Source: the human T2T-CHM13v2.0 reference genome, Homo sapiens | Assembly (NCBI RefSeq): GCF_009914755.1 | Contig: NC_060940.1 | Length of the DNA stretch: 64,000 nucleotides | Direction: 5' to 3' (one strand) | Shown: in pieces, positions 1-18,859 of the stretch | How positions within the stretch are numbered: the stretch's first letter is position 1 | How the letters are laid out: the number at the start of each line of letters is the position of its first letter | The notes under the pieces: generated by a model | What the model was told of the DNA's origin: nothing | Database searches by the model: none | Seen by the model: only the letters and a program-made list of their open reading frames with translations | Translations under genes and position numbers: made by a program

Positions 1-328
1 TTTTCTCCCCAAAGGCAGGTCCCCACCCCACTCAGCCGTTTTAAAGGGTGGAGTGTAAACGGTGGGTTGCCGAATTCCTGCTGCCGTGAAATACTTCAGC
101 TTAGAGCAGAAAGCCGGGCGCAGACACCATGCTTTATTTCTATTTCCGTGAACAAGAAGTGTCTCTTGCAATCTGCAATATTTTTCGTCAAAAAGTTCAC
201 TGGCTGTTGTATCAAATCAGCCACCTCTATAGGGTGTGATCTTTGACAATTTTTTGTTACATCCCGATGGCCGTCTTACCTGGACCATTTTCTTCCTTTC
301 ATGGGTGAAGTAAAACTCCTTGGCATAC

Positions 329-641
329 TTTTTTTTTTTTTTTTTTTGAGACAGAGTCTCGCTCTGTCACTCTGTTGCCCAGGCTGGAGTGCTGTGGTGC
401 GATCTCGACTCACTGCAACCTCCGCCTCCTAGGTTCACGCCATTCCATTCTCCTGCCTCAGCCTCCCGAATAGCTGGGACTACAGGTGCCTGCCACCACG
501 CCCAGTTAATTTTTTGTATTTTTAGTAGAGACGGGGTTTCACCGTATTAGCCAAGCTGGTCTCTATCTCCTGACCTTGTGATCCGCCCGCCTCGGCCTCC
601 CAGAGTGCTGGGAATACAGGCTTGAGCCACCGCACCCGGCC
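329..641 (-). mobile_element. Alu (AluY-like), full length
   Basis: Poly-T at 329-347, then reverse Alu ending CACCCGGCC. Y-type diagnostics: CGCCATT, TGACCTTGTGATCC. Confidence 0.95.
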
Positions 642-1003
642 CAGACACACTTTTTTTAAGTTACAGCAGACGGTGTCTTTCACTACAGTGTGCGCTGAGC
701 AGATGAGTGTCTTGAGTACAAATTAAAAACGTCAACGGTAAATCTACATTTTATATATGTTTTCTTTAATGATTTTTTTTAAGGCACCAAACAGAATGAA
801 TAAAGAAGGGGAATGATGGAATGGTGGAAACTCTGTTTTTGTTTTTGTTTATTTTCTCTGTCTTTTTTTTTTTTCTGGAGTTTGCCATGAGTTATGTGTG
901 GTCTAGCAGCCAAAGGAAGTGAACTGCAGTAAACCTACAAATATAGGCTGTACAGACTCAACATTTTTGCATTTCGAGTTAAACCCAACAAGACGTTAAT
1001 TAT

Positions 1004-2421
<1,418 letters not shown>

Positions 2422-2458
2422 AATGTGATGATTTTCTATGGATATACACTGATCGTCA

Positions 2459-2590
2459 GCAGGAGGAAATGAAGAGGTGTTGGTTAAAAATACCAAGTTG
2501 CAGTTATGCAGGATGAATAAGTACTAATTTGTAACAATTCAGTATGAAACTGTGACTGTGGTTAACAAGGCTCTGCTCTATGCCTGACAT
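2459..2590 (+). mobile_element. Old L1M 3' UTR fragment
   Basis: TTGGTTAAAAATACCAAGTTGCAGTTATGCAGGATGAATAAG resembles L1MB/MC 3' ends. Confidence 0.55.
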
Positions 2591-2808
2591 CTAAGAACAG
2601 GGGAATCGAAGTCTGAACTTTGTTCAGAAGAGGATGGCTTTGCAGGCTTTGCTGAGCATGCTGAATTCACAGTTTCCGGGTCAGCCCCTGGGCTGCCCAG
2701 GGACAGGGTGGAGATCCTGCCCCAGAAAGTCCAGGAGCCAGGAACCTGCTTAGAGACACATTTCAACAAGGAAGACTACACTCAGGCCGGCCTCCTTAAA
2801 AACACATA

Positions 2809-3451
2809 GGCTGGGCACAGAGGCCAAGCCTGCAATCCCAGCACTTTGGGAGGCCATGGCGGGCAGATCGTGAAGTCAGGAGATCGAGACCAGCCTGACT
2901 AACACGGTGAAACCCCATCTCTACTAAAAATACAAAAAAAATTAGCTGGGCGTGGTGGCGGGTGCCTGTAGTCCCAGCTACTCAGGAGGCTGAGGCAGGA
3001 GAATGACATGAACCCAGGAGGAGGAGCTTACAGTGAGCCTAGATCATGCCCCTGCACTCCAGCCTGGGCGACAGAGCGAGACTCCGTCTCAAAACAAACA
3101 AACAAACAAACAAACAAAAAAATACATATATCATGGGCCAGATGTGGTGGCTCACACCTGTAATCCCAGCACTTTGGGAGGCTGAGGCGGGCGGATCACC
3201 TGAAGTCAGGAGTTCGAGACCAGCCTGGCCAACGTGGTGAAACCCCATCTCTACTAAAAATACAAAAATTAGCTGGGCATGGTGGTGGAGGCCTGTAATC
3301 CCAGCTATTCAGGAGAATCCCAGCGAGGCAGGAGAATCGCTGGAACTTGGAGGGTAGAGGCTGCAGTGAGCTGAGATTGCACCACTGCACTCTGCAGGTT
3401 GACTGACAGAGTAAGACTCTGTCTCAAAAAAAACAAAACAAAAACAAACAA
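2809..3451 (+). mobile_element. Two tandem Alus (2809-3122 with (AAAC)n tail; 3136-3451)
   Basis: Two complete Alu dimers with A-rich tails. Confidence 0.95.
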
Positions 3452-3739
3452 TATATCATGAAAAATACATTAACCCAGCACTTTGCAAAGCTGCTAGGTG
3501 TGAATCCTGCTTGCCAGCTTGGCAGCTCCATCACCGTAGAGGTCAATGTCTGGGAAGTGTTGCAACATCTGGGCAGTTGCAGAGGTGGGCTTTCCTGTCA
3601 CAAACATGGCTCTGGACCCCTTTGCTTAAAATATGACTGGCTCCCCACTGCCCATCCACCCCACAAAAGCTGGGGAGATACTGCAGGACGAGTATGTGTG
3701 GGATGGAAAATTGTTTTCAGCTTCCCATTTGGATATTAA

Positions 3740-4021
<282 letters not shown>

Positions 4022-4362
4022 GCCTTTTCTACTTTCAATTTGCTAACTGGTGAATAATAGTTTGCAGTAATGAGCCCAGAGGGAATGAGTGGAGCCCAGC
4101 CACACATTATTAGAACCTGTCACCCAGTGCAGATACTCACCTGGGATGCGGGCAATGATGCTCAACTCAGACCTGTGCCAGTGCTGGTGACTCCGAGGGA
4201 CCCGGGTGGCTGGAGTCTGTGTTAGACTCAGGAGTCCCTTCCAGGTCCACGCTGTGAAAACAGCAAGTGTCCAAAGCAGTCCACTCAGGTAAGTAAGAAA
4301 TTGCAGGATGACACTGAGTTCTGTGTGGTTTCCAGAATGTCCTTACAGAAACCGGGATGAGA

Positions 4363-4998
<636 letters not shown>

Positions 4999-6549
4999 TT
5001 AGTATACTTTCTCCCCTGGTGAGAACCATCCATTTCCAGAATGTGTGTCACAGAGAGTGGAACACAGGTCCTGGCTGCACTCCCAAAAACTCACTGGTGT
5101 CCAGGGATTTGGAAGTATATGGCCTTTGAACGTCTGAACACCCTCAGTTCTCCATCATATTCTCCAACTCCCCTGCATGGAGATGTGGGCCTTTTAGGGT
5201 CGTTTCCACCCTTTTAGGGTCTCTTTGCTAGCCTTCCATTGGCAAGAACAATTACCAAAAGGAGGTACCCAGCTCTAACCCTGCAGAACAAACAGAGAGC
5301 CCAGTAGCCTGGCAGCCAGAGAGCCTTTCTCTAAAACAGGCATCACTGGCAACCTCATTGAAATGGGATGATTCATTATCCTGTTTCCATTTAATTGTTA
5401 TTTTGCCGGCAGAAAAGCCTGGAGTTTCTCCGAAAAGCAGCGATGGTGTTGTCCTTTTAGATTCCCCAGGGAATAATCTTAAAAAATTGCCTGCCCAGCT
5501 TCCTGAGTGCCCAGCATTTGCCTTCACATTAACTTACGCTATAAAGTACAGATGTTGCAGAGGGGAGGGCATCCAAGCCCCTGGCTTCCCAGAGAAATTG
5601 GTAAGGGTTGTCTGCAGCTTCCCAGCCTTAAAAATACTAGACAAGTTGACATCCTCACTGCTAATTGGGGCTGATGGAGCCTCGTCAACCCCAGGACCCG
5701 CTGATCAGCTGTGGCAGGAATCATACCCACAGTGTTATGTGAAGTGATGAGTTGGATTTGCTTCCAGCAGGGTGAAAGCAATGGATTTCACTTGTTCTCA
5801 ATGTACAGCAAGAGAAAAGTGAGGGACTGACTCACAAAACCTGTGTTCCCTCCGTTTGCATCTCAGTCATCTCTGAAATACATTGCAAATTGTTTAAACC
5901 TTAAAAACACAGCGGCATGAATGTGCGTCCTGATGGCACCAGCTTTTGATAAGATGATAGGCTGTGGCGATGGATTTCAGATGTGAGTTCCTGTGCTTGC
6001 CAAAATGCTGGATGAAAGATGAAGGTAATTGCTAGCGTTGTTGGCCTTGCCAATAATCTCTCTCTCTCTCTCTCTTGTTTTTTCTTTTTTATTTTGCTTC
6101 AAGAATCTGGTTGCCTTAATGAGGATCTTCGCCCTGCTAAGATGATCTTTCACATCTGGAACAAAACACAGAAGCTCCGCCTCAGCCAGAGTGATGGGGA
6201 GCCATGTGGCCCTGAAAGCTCTCGATGGCCAGATCAGAAATGATTTTTGACAGGACCAGGCTGAATTCCCTAAGTACATTCACAGCCACCCGCCCCTCTC
6301 CTCTCCCCCCACTCTTTTTTTTTTATTTTAATGGTCCAAAATTGGCTGTTTAATATCTGAGCATGCCAGAGTCTTGGAGGATGCCAGAAATGGAAGGTTT
6401 GTGCCCGGGGTCATAGGAAGGTCTCTACCAGGTGAGGCAGCGTGATGCCAGTCCCCAGTGAACAAGGAGGCAGCAGCCCTGTCCAGTGTATGAGCGTGAC
6501 CTTGGGGATCTGTGTAGATAGAAATTTCTGGAAGGTTTTAAGCAGGTTA

Positions 6550-7333
<784 letters not shown>

Positions 7334-7749
7334 TTAAGCAGGTTAGGTTTCAACCCTCTGACCTTGTTTCACCATAGACCCTCCATAAATAAAAGAGAGA
7401 TTAAACCTGTGTCTTTCACAATGCAGCCTGTCGACAAAAATGAGGAATGGGATTTGGAGCTCCATGTCAGTTGCAATGGCCACACTGGAAAGCCTAGGAG
7501 GCTGCTCTGGAAACAGAGGGGCTGTTCCAGGTGATGCCAAACTAGCACAGACGAGGCTCAGAAGAGACACCTGTGACAGATATGGAAGACACCTTCAGAA
7601 AGGGCAAAATTCAGCCACCTAAGCACAATCAAGGCCAAACAGACGGCTGTCATGGAATCAGCCAGTGTCCCACAGCCCAATACACACTGACATTGTAACA
7701 TAACCTTTACCTGAGAAAATGCCCATGTTCACTGCCTGGAGAAGCAAGC

Positions 7750-9540
7750 TACACTCTACAAAGAAATATCCAGTGAGCACAACAAGAGACATCTAACCTA
7801 CACTGTAAAATAGAAATAATGAGTCTCCTGCATCTGGGGATCCACCTACACTTTACACTAGACACACCCAGTGGCTTCCATTTGGGATACACCAACACTC
7901 TACAGTAGATACACTGAATGTCCTCCAGCTGGGGATGCACTTACACTCTGCAATAGATACATTCAATGTCCTCCATTGGGGGGATCCATCTACACTCTAC
8001 ACTAGGCACACTCAATGTCCTCCATCTGGGGATCCTCCTACACTCCACAATAGATACACTCAATGTCCTCCATGTGGGGATCCACCTACACTCTACAATA
8101 TATACACTCAATGTCCTCCATCTGGGGATCCACCTACTCTCTACAATAAACCAACTCAATGTGCTCTGGCGGATCCATCTACACTCTACAATAAACCAAC
8201 TCAATGTGCTCCATCTCGGGATCCACCTACACTCTGCAATAGACACACTAAATGTCCTCCATCTGGGGATACACCTACGCTTTACAATAGATACACCCAC
8301 TGTCCTCCATCTGCGGATCCACCTACATTTTACAATAGACACACTCAATGTCCTCCATCTGCTTATCCACCTACACTCTACACTAGATACCCTCAATGTC
8401 CTCCATCTAGGGATCCACCTACATTCTACAATAAACAAACTCAAATGCGCTCCATCTGGGATCCACCTACACTCTGCAATAGACACACTCAATATCCTCC
8501 ATCTGGGGATCCACCCACACTCTACAATAGACACACCTAGTGTCCTCCATCTGGGGGATACACCTACACTCTACAATAGACACACTCACCATACTCCATC
8601 TGGGGATCCACCTACACTCTACAATAGACACACTCAGTGTCCTCCATCTGGGGATCCACCTACACTCTACCATAGAAACACTCAGTGCCCTCCATCTGGG
8701 GGATACACCTACACTCTACAATAGACACACTCACCATCTTCCATCTGGGGATCCACCTACACTCTACAATAGACACACCCATCTGGTGATCCACCTACAC
8801 TCTACAATAGAAACACTCAGCGTCCTCCATCTGGGGATCCACCTACACTCTGCAATGGAAATACTCAGCGTCCTCCATCTGGGGATCTACCTACACTCTA
8901 CAATAGAAACACTCAGCATCCTCCATCTGGGGGATCCACCTACACTCTACAAGAGACACACTCACCATTCTCCATCTGGGGGATACACCTACACTCTACA
9001 ATAGACACACTCACCATCCTCCATCTGGGGATCCACCTACACTCTACAATAGTCACACCCATCTGGAGATCCACCTACACTCTACAATAGAAACACTCAG
9101 CGTCCTCCATCTGGGGGATACACCTACACTCTACAATAGACACACTCAGTGTCCTCCATCTGGGGATTCACCTACACTCTACAATAGACACACCCATCTG
9201 GGTATCCACCTACTCTCTCCAATAGACACACCCATCTGGATATCCACCTACAGTCTCCAATAGACACACCCATCTGGGGATCCACCTACACTCTCCAATA
9301 GACACACCCATCTGGGGATCCACCTACACTCTCCAATAGACACACCCATCTGGGGATCCACCCACACTCTATTGTAGATCCACAATCTACAATAGACACA
9401 CTCAGCGTCCTCCATCAGGGGATCCACCTACACTGTACAATAGAGAAACCCAGTGACCACCATCTTGGCACCCACCTACACTCTACAATAGATATAGATT
9501 TCCAGTGTCCCCTGTTTTGGGAACCTACCTGCACTCTGCA
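7750..9540 (+). repeat. 48-bp minisatellite with 38-bp deletion-variant units
   Basis: Unit CTACACTCTACAATAGACACACTCAATGTCCTCCATCTGGGGATCCAC; short unit CTACACTCTCCAATAGACACACCCATCTGGGGATCCAC; degenerate edges. Confidence 0.95.
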
Positions 9541-9639
9541 ATTAATATGCACATCATCGACTTTCTGGGGTTTCTCCCTGCAATCTGGCATACACCTTTT
9601 CATCGTTCACTGTCCTTGAGTAGCTGAGGGTCATTGCTC

Positions 9640-9943
9640 AGGCATTTTTGGAAGGAAGGTTGGTCTTAATCTAAGGCATCTTTGGAAGGAAGGTTGGTCT
9701 TAATCGAAGACATTTTAGGAAGGAAAGTTGGTTTGAATCTAAGGTATTTTTGGAAGGAAGGTTGGTCTTAACCTAAGGCATTTTTGGAAGGAAGGTTGGT
9801 CTTAATCTAAGGCATTTTTGGAAGGAAGGTCGGTCTTAATCTAAGTCATTTTTGGAAGGAAGTTTGGTCTTAATCTAAGCCATGTTTGGCAGGAAGGTTG
9901 GTCTTAATCTAAGGCATTTTTGGAAGGAAGGTTGGTCTTAACC
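9640..9943 (+). repeat. 34-bp minisatellite, about 9 copies
   Basis: Unit GGCATTTTTGGAAGGAAGGTTGGTCTTAATCTAA, starting at 9641, 9675 and so on. Confidence 0.95.
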
Positions 9944-10886
9944 TTGTGTCCACCTGCAGGTTGTTATGTTTTATTCTTGTGTTTTCTCTCACTTTTTTGC
10001 CTAGCAGAAGCACAGCCATGAAGCTGTGTCCATGAGATATTCTGTAGAGCCTGGAATAATCCCTCCTTTCCACATCTTGTCCCGCCATGGAGTGCCCCAG
10101 AGTTCTGGGACGTGGAAGGTGCCGTCCTCTGCCTGACACGGTGCTGCCCGGCTCCCTCCTCATCCCAGTGGCTTCCCAAACTCCCTGGACCTGCTGGAGG
10201 AAACACCTGTGCTGAAGACCCGGCGGCCCTTCCCTCCAAACCCTGACTCTGGGGTCAGCGACGCCAACAGGTGTTTTTTCTCAGAATCGCCTTCTTGTCT
10301 GAATTGAGCCCTGGGATCAGAAGGCCAAGGGGCCAGAGGTCAGATGCAGCCACGCAGGGTTCCCTGGGGGCCAGGGCTTACCAGGTGGTTAATATTATCA
10401 GAGCTCATTTGCTGAAGCTGGACTGGCGTGTTCTCAGCGGTCCCAAATAAATTTAACAAGAGCCACTTTCAAAGCCCACCTATTAGGGCCATCTATTCAA
10501 TGGACAGGAGGGTTAACAGTAATTTGAGGAGGCAGCTTGGCCGTCTTCAAATAGGAACACATGGACTGTGCAGCTTGGCCCCATTTGTGGTAATTTCGAG
10601 GTCTCATTTCCATTTGTAAGAAACATAACTACTTACATATGGAAAGAATGAATAAGAGAAGTCATTAAAATTTCTCTAATTTAGGAAAAAAATTTAAAAA
10701 AAAGTAATGAAGTAATATCTTTACCAGGGCAGGCAGAAATGTAAATTAGACATTAGAAGAAAAACCTATTAACAGGATGGCTGGATGGCTGTGTTGCTTT
10801 CCTGTTTTTTTTTTAAATCTAATGAATTTATGAATTGCTAGTTGTGGGGTCACAGATTTTGTTAATTTCCTATGTGTTTAGCTCTG

Positions 10887-12723
<1,837 letters not shown>

Positions 12724-12724
12724 C

Positions 12725-13292
12725 ATCCCCTCTTCTTATGAGATGTCTTAGTCCATTTCAGACTGCCATCCCAGAACACCATAGACTCGGTGGCTTAAAA
12801 ACAACAGACATTGATTCTCCCACAGTCCTGGAGGCTGGAAGTCTGAGATCCAGGTGTGGGAAGGGCTGTTTTTTCCTAAGGCCTCTCTCCTGGGCTTGGA
12901 GATGCCGTCTTCTCCCTGTGTCCTCACAGGGTTGTCCCTCTGTATATGTCTGTGTCCTATCTCCTCTTCTTATGAGATGTCTTAGTCCATTTCAGGTTGC
13001 TATCACAGAATACCATAGACTGGGTGACTTATAAACAACAGACATTGATTCTCCCACAGTCTTGGAGGCTGGAAGTCTGAGATTAATGTGTGGGCTGGGT
13101 TGGTTCCTCCTGGGGCCTCTCTCCTGGGCTTGCCGACACCATAGTCTCCCTGTGTCCTCACATGGTCATCCCTCTGTTTGTGTCTGTGTCCTCATCTCCT
13201 CTTCTTATGGGATGTCTTAGTCCATCTTAGGCTGCCATTACAGATCACCATTAGACTGGGTGGCTTAGAAACAACAGACATTGATTCTCCCA

Positions 13293-13295
<3 letters not shown>
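12725..13295 (-). repeat. Tandem ~235-bp units derived from an MLT1 (MaLR) LTR
   Basis: CTCTTCTTATG(A/G)GATGTCTTAGTCCAT...AAACAACAGACATTGATTCTCCCACAGTC...GGAGGCTGGAAGTCTGAGAT at about 12730, 12965 and 13200. A further fragment lies at 13625-13770. Confidence 0.85.
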
Positions 13296-14507
<1,212 letters not shown>

Positions 14508-14509
14508 TT

Positions 14510-14676
14510 AATCAGATCTTGTGAGAACTCATTCAGTATCACAAGAACAGCATGAGGGTAACTGTCCCCAAGATTAAATTACCTCCCACTGGGTCCCTCT
14601 CATGACACATAAGGAGGATGGAAACCACAATTCATGATAAGGTTTTGGGGTCGGGGGACACAGCCAAACCATATCA
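14510..14676 (+). mobile_element. THE1/MST (MaLR) LTR 3' fragment
   Basis: ATCAGATCTTGTGAGAACTCA...CACAAGAACAGCATG...GGGGACACAGCCAAACCATATCA. Confidence 0.85.
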
Positions 14677-14749
14677 AACAGCTTTATTTTTGTCACAAAA
14701 GAACTGACATGAGAATCTTGAAGAAATACATGGATTCCCATACTCATTG

Positions 14750-15680
14750 ATGAATTATCCACAATAGCCAAGACATGGACCAAACCAAGCGACCACGAAT
14801 CGATGAATGGATAAAGAAATTGGGAGAATTATCCACAATAGCCAAGACATGGACCAAACCAAGTGACCATGAATGGATGGATGGATAAAGATATTGGGAG
14901 AATTATCCACAATAGCCAAGACATGGACTAAACCGAGCGACCATGAATGGATGAATGGATAAAGGAATTGAGAGAATTATCCACAATAGCCGAGACACGG
15001 ACCAAACCAAGTATTATCCACAATAGCCAAGACACACAACCAAACCAAGTGACCATGAATGGATGAATGGATAAAGAAACTGGGAGAATTATCCACAATA
15101 GCCAAGAAATGGACCCAATCAAGTGACCATGAATGGATGAATGGATAAACAAATTGGGAGAATTATCCACAATAGCCAAGACATGCAACCAAACCAAATG
15201 ACCATGAATGGATGAATGGATAAAGAAACTGGGAGAATTATCCACAATAGCCAAGATATGGACCAAAGCAAGTGACCATGAAAGGATGAATGCATAAAGA
15301 AATTGAGAGAATTATCCACAATAAGCAAGACATGGACAAACCAAGCGACCATAAATGGATGAATGGATAAAGAAACTGGGAGAATTATCCACAATAGCCA
15401 AGACATGGACCAAACCAAGTGACCATGAATGGATGAATGGATAAAGAAACTGGGAGAATTACCCACAAGGGCCAAGATATGCAACCAAACCAAGTGACCA
15501 TGAATGGATGAATGCATAAAGAAATTGGGAGAATTATCCACAATAGCCAAGACATGGACCAAACCAAGTGACCACGAATGGATGAATGGATAAACAAATT
15601 GGGAGAATAATCCACAATAGCCAAGACATGGACCAAACCGAGAGACCATGAATGGATGAATGGATAAAGAAATTGGGACA
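14750..15680 (+). repeat. 74-bp minisatellite derived from the 3' end of L1 ORF2, about 13 copies
   Basis: Unit GGGAGAATTATCCACAATAGCCAAGACATGGACCAAACCAAGTGACCATGAATGGATGAATGGATAAAGAAATT (14822 to 14896 = 74 bp). Confidence 0.92.
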
Positions 15681-15689
15681 TCAATAATG

Positions 15690-15875
15690 TACATGCATGG
15701 GAATATTACTCAGCCTTGAAAAAGAAGAAAATCTTGCCATTTGCAAGAACACAGGTGAACCTGGAGGACATTATATTTCGTGAGATAAGCCAGGCACAGA
15801 AACACAAATACTTCATGATCTCCCTTATATGAGGAATCTAAAATAGTCAAACTCATAGAAGCAGAGAGTAGAACT
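15690..15875 (+). mobile_element. L1M (L1MA/MB-type) ORF2 end and 3' UTR
   Basis: GGAATATTACTCAGCCTTGAAAAAGAAG...CTGGAGGACATTAT...AAATAGTCAAACTCATAGAAGCAGAGAGTAGAA continues the L1 after the minisatellite. Confidence 0.85.
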
Positions 15876-16194
15876 CATACCATATCTTCTGTGGATAGAT
15901 TTTGGCCAAGAAGAACAATGCATTCATGTGAAACACATGTATTCTTCTGCAGATGTGACCCAAAGGCCTTTGCTGTCTTCATGCCAACAGCTGCCTGTCT
16001 TTATCCTCTGAGCCAAGAGATATTCCTCATATCTTCCTCATAGCGGTGCCGCATCGTGAAGCCACAGAAAAGAAGAGACACTTCTGAGATCTGGACCTGC
16101 TTTCTGCACTCCCACGAGAGCTGACCACAGGTTTCATCTGTCTCTTTCCCTTTCTTTTTTCATATTTTACTTTTCACTGACCAATAATAATTGC

Positions 16195-17105
16195 ATGTAT
16201 TTAATATGCAATCATTGTACCCCATAATATGACATATAGAATATATAAAATGTATAAATTTAAATTATATATAATATAATACATATATTTATACATCTAT
16301 TTATATGTAAAATGAAATATAAATACTATTGTACCACATAATATATGTATAATATAATCAATACATATATTTTAAATATATTTACATATGAATACATGTT
16401 TATATGTATTGATTTATTATATTAAAATAAAATAAATATATATCATTGTACCCATTGTATATTTATGTATGTTATATGTATAAATATACATATTTAAAGA
16501 TATGTAATATATTTAACTATATTACATAACAATCGTATATATTATATATTATATTAATTATATATTCTATAATTATACACATACTATATACTATGTACCA
16601 TATTATATAGTAATTATACATGTTATATATTATACTATTATATATTGTTTTATTATAATATATTATATAACATTGTAAAATTTAACAATATATTATTATA
16701 CATTATGTTTTATTATAACATTATATAACATCATAAAATATAATATATTATATATTAGGTTTTATTATAATATATTATATAACATTATAAAACATAATAT
16801 ATTATTATATATAAAATATAATATATTACAATATATTACAATTATATATTACATAATTATACATGTTATATATCATAATTAATAAAATAATACAGTATGT
16901 AATGTATCATATATCATATAATATATAATATATAAATATGCATTTACATGTACATATTTATTATATGTATTTATATGTATTAGATGTATAATAAAATAAA
17001 TATATATTATTATACCCTATTATGTATACACACACGCATATATAGCCTATTATATATATATATATATATATAATGAATTGAAATTAGGATCTATAATGTA
17101 TATAT
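16195..17105. repeat. AT-rich low-complexity tract embedded in an L1M 3' end
   Basis: About 900 bp, nearly all A/T, with a (TA)n run near 17050-17072. L1M 3'-end motifs at both edges. Confidence 0.9.
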
Positions 17106-17375
17106 TATGGGATACAGTGTGACGTTTTGACATAGGCTTATATACATTTCACATTTTGAAATCTCTAAAAGAGTCAATTTTCAACGTTCTCTCCAAGCCC
17201 ATGTTTAATGCCGCTGTTAAAGTGCAAGCCAACATTTAGGAAGTCCCCAGCTGCACACGTCTCCTTACCCTTCATGCCAAGGCACCATCATCTCCCAAGC
17301 TGGGTTCTTGGCATTTTGCACAACAATGTGCCATGCCTAGGCCCCCAAATCCCTGGCATCCTATAAGTGCATTCA

Positions 17376-17705
<330 letters not shown>

Positions 17706-18859
17706 TACATTCAAGGTCCCCTCAGTTGTCACCATACCCTTGTCCTGTAAAACTCCAACATCTCACAGCCAAGCCCGACTTCTTGTTGTCTGGGCAACAA
17801 GAGCGAAACTGCATCTCAAAATAAATACATAAATAATAAATACATTCAATGTCCCCTCAGTTGGCACCATACCCTTGTCCTGTAAAATTCCAACATCCCA
17901 CAGCCAAGCCCGATTTCTTAGGATGGGTAATTTCTTAGGATAAGAAATCTGTCTTAGGATAAGAAATATGAGGACGGACAGAGAAAACGCAAACACATTG
18001 CAAGAAGAAATGCTTCAGGCACAGATTCCTGGGCGTCTAGCTGTCTTCCTGAGCCCCCCAAATGCGTTTTTCTTTACCTAAGAGAGCTCTGGAGACAGTG
18101 GGGTTTGTATATGTGGGGTTTGCCCATCTCCTAGGGCTGCTGGTAAAAGGAGATTGTCCTAAGCGCTGGCTTATGGGGCTCCGGGGGGTGTGAACGGCCT
18201 CAGAGTGCCGTTTAGACAAGCGCAAACATAAAAGTGAGAGGCTGCTGGAAACGTTTAAAGAAGTGGGAAGAGGCGGCCGGGGGAGCTGGGGGCCGGATCC
18301 AGCACCTTGGTCCTGTTGATTTTCACGTCCCAACCACACTGGGTGTGGACGGAAATAGCTGGGTGGGTTTGTGTGAATTAAAACATTTATAGAGCCCTAC
18401 GCTCCTGTTACCTCTTAGGCGACTTATTAAAGTACAGTTAGTGTAAACACGGGGGTCGTAAACCTGCAGGGCTCAAGCACCAATTAAAATAATAAAAAAC
18501 AAGGGGCTGCCGCAAACCGAAGGGTCTTTGGCACGGGCTGCAAGGGGGAGGAGGAGGGAGGCCAAGCCAGGCTCCCTGGGAGGGGAGCCCGGAGGATTCC
18601 AGCTCCACCAAGAAACACAGAGGTCACAACAAAGAAACAGTGCAATAGGGATTCTGGAAAGAAAAAGGCTACTTTGACAACAGAGATTTCATACCAGGAG
18701 ATGCATCCCCAGATATGGGACAGCTGAAGATTAAACAACTTTTGGGGGGTTAATCCTGGGTTCCATAAAGACATAGAGATTTCATGCTGCGGACCCAGTG
18801 CAACAAAATGGATCAGGTACAATGGGGACGTCACCAAACTGTTCAGCCACTGGTTTTGG

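Noticed and set aside
275-330. Minus-strand donor CAG|GTAAG with short open frame (KYAKEFYFTHERKKMVQ); also + donor CAG|GTAAGT at about 4288
   Set aside because: Isolated splice-like motifs with no recognisable protein homology or partner exons.
7935-9004. Repetitive 200-250 aa ORFs
   Set aside because: The 48-bp unit is a multiple of 3, so open frames are a VNTR artefact.
7750-9540. Possible CER (48-bp centromeric) satellite
   Set aside because: Same period, but the unit does not resemble the CER consensus as I recall it (CAGAACACTGCT...GTCCCTCACATAGGATTC).
9640-9943. CRISPR-like array (34-bp repeats; also the 40, 48 and 74-bp arrays)
   Set aside because: Units are head-to-tail with no unique spacers, the context is primate DNA, and there are no cas genes.
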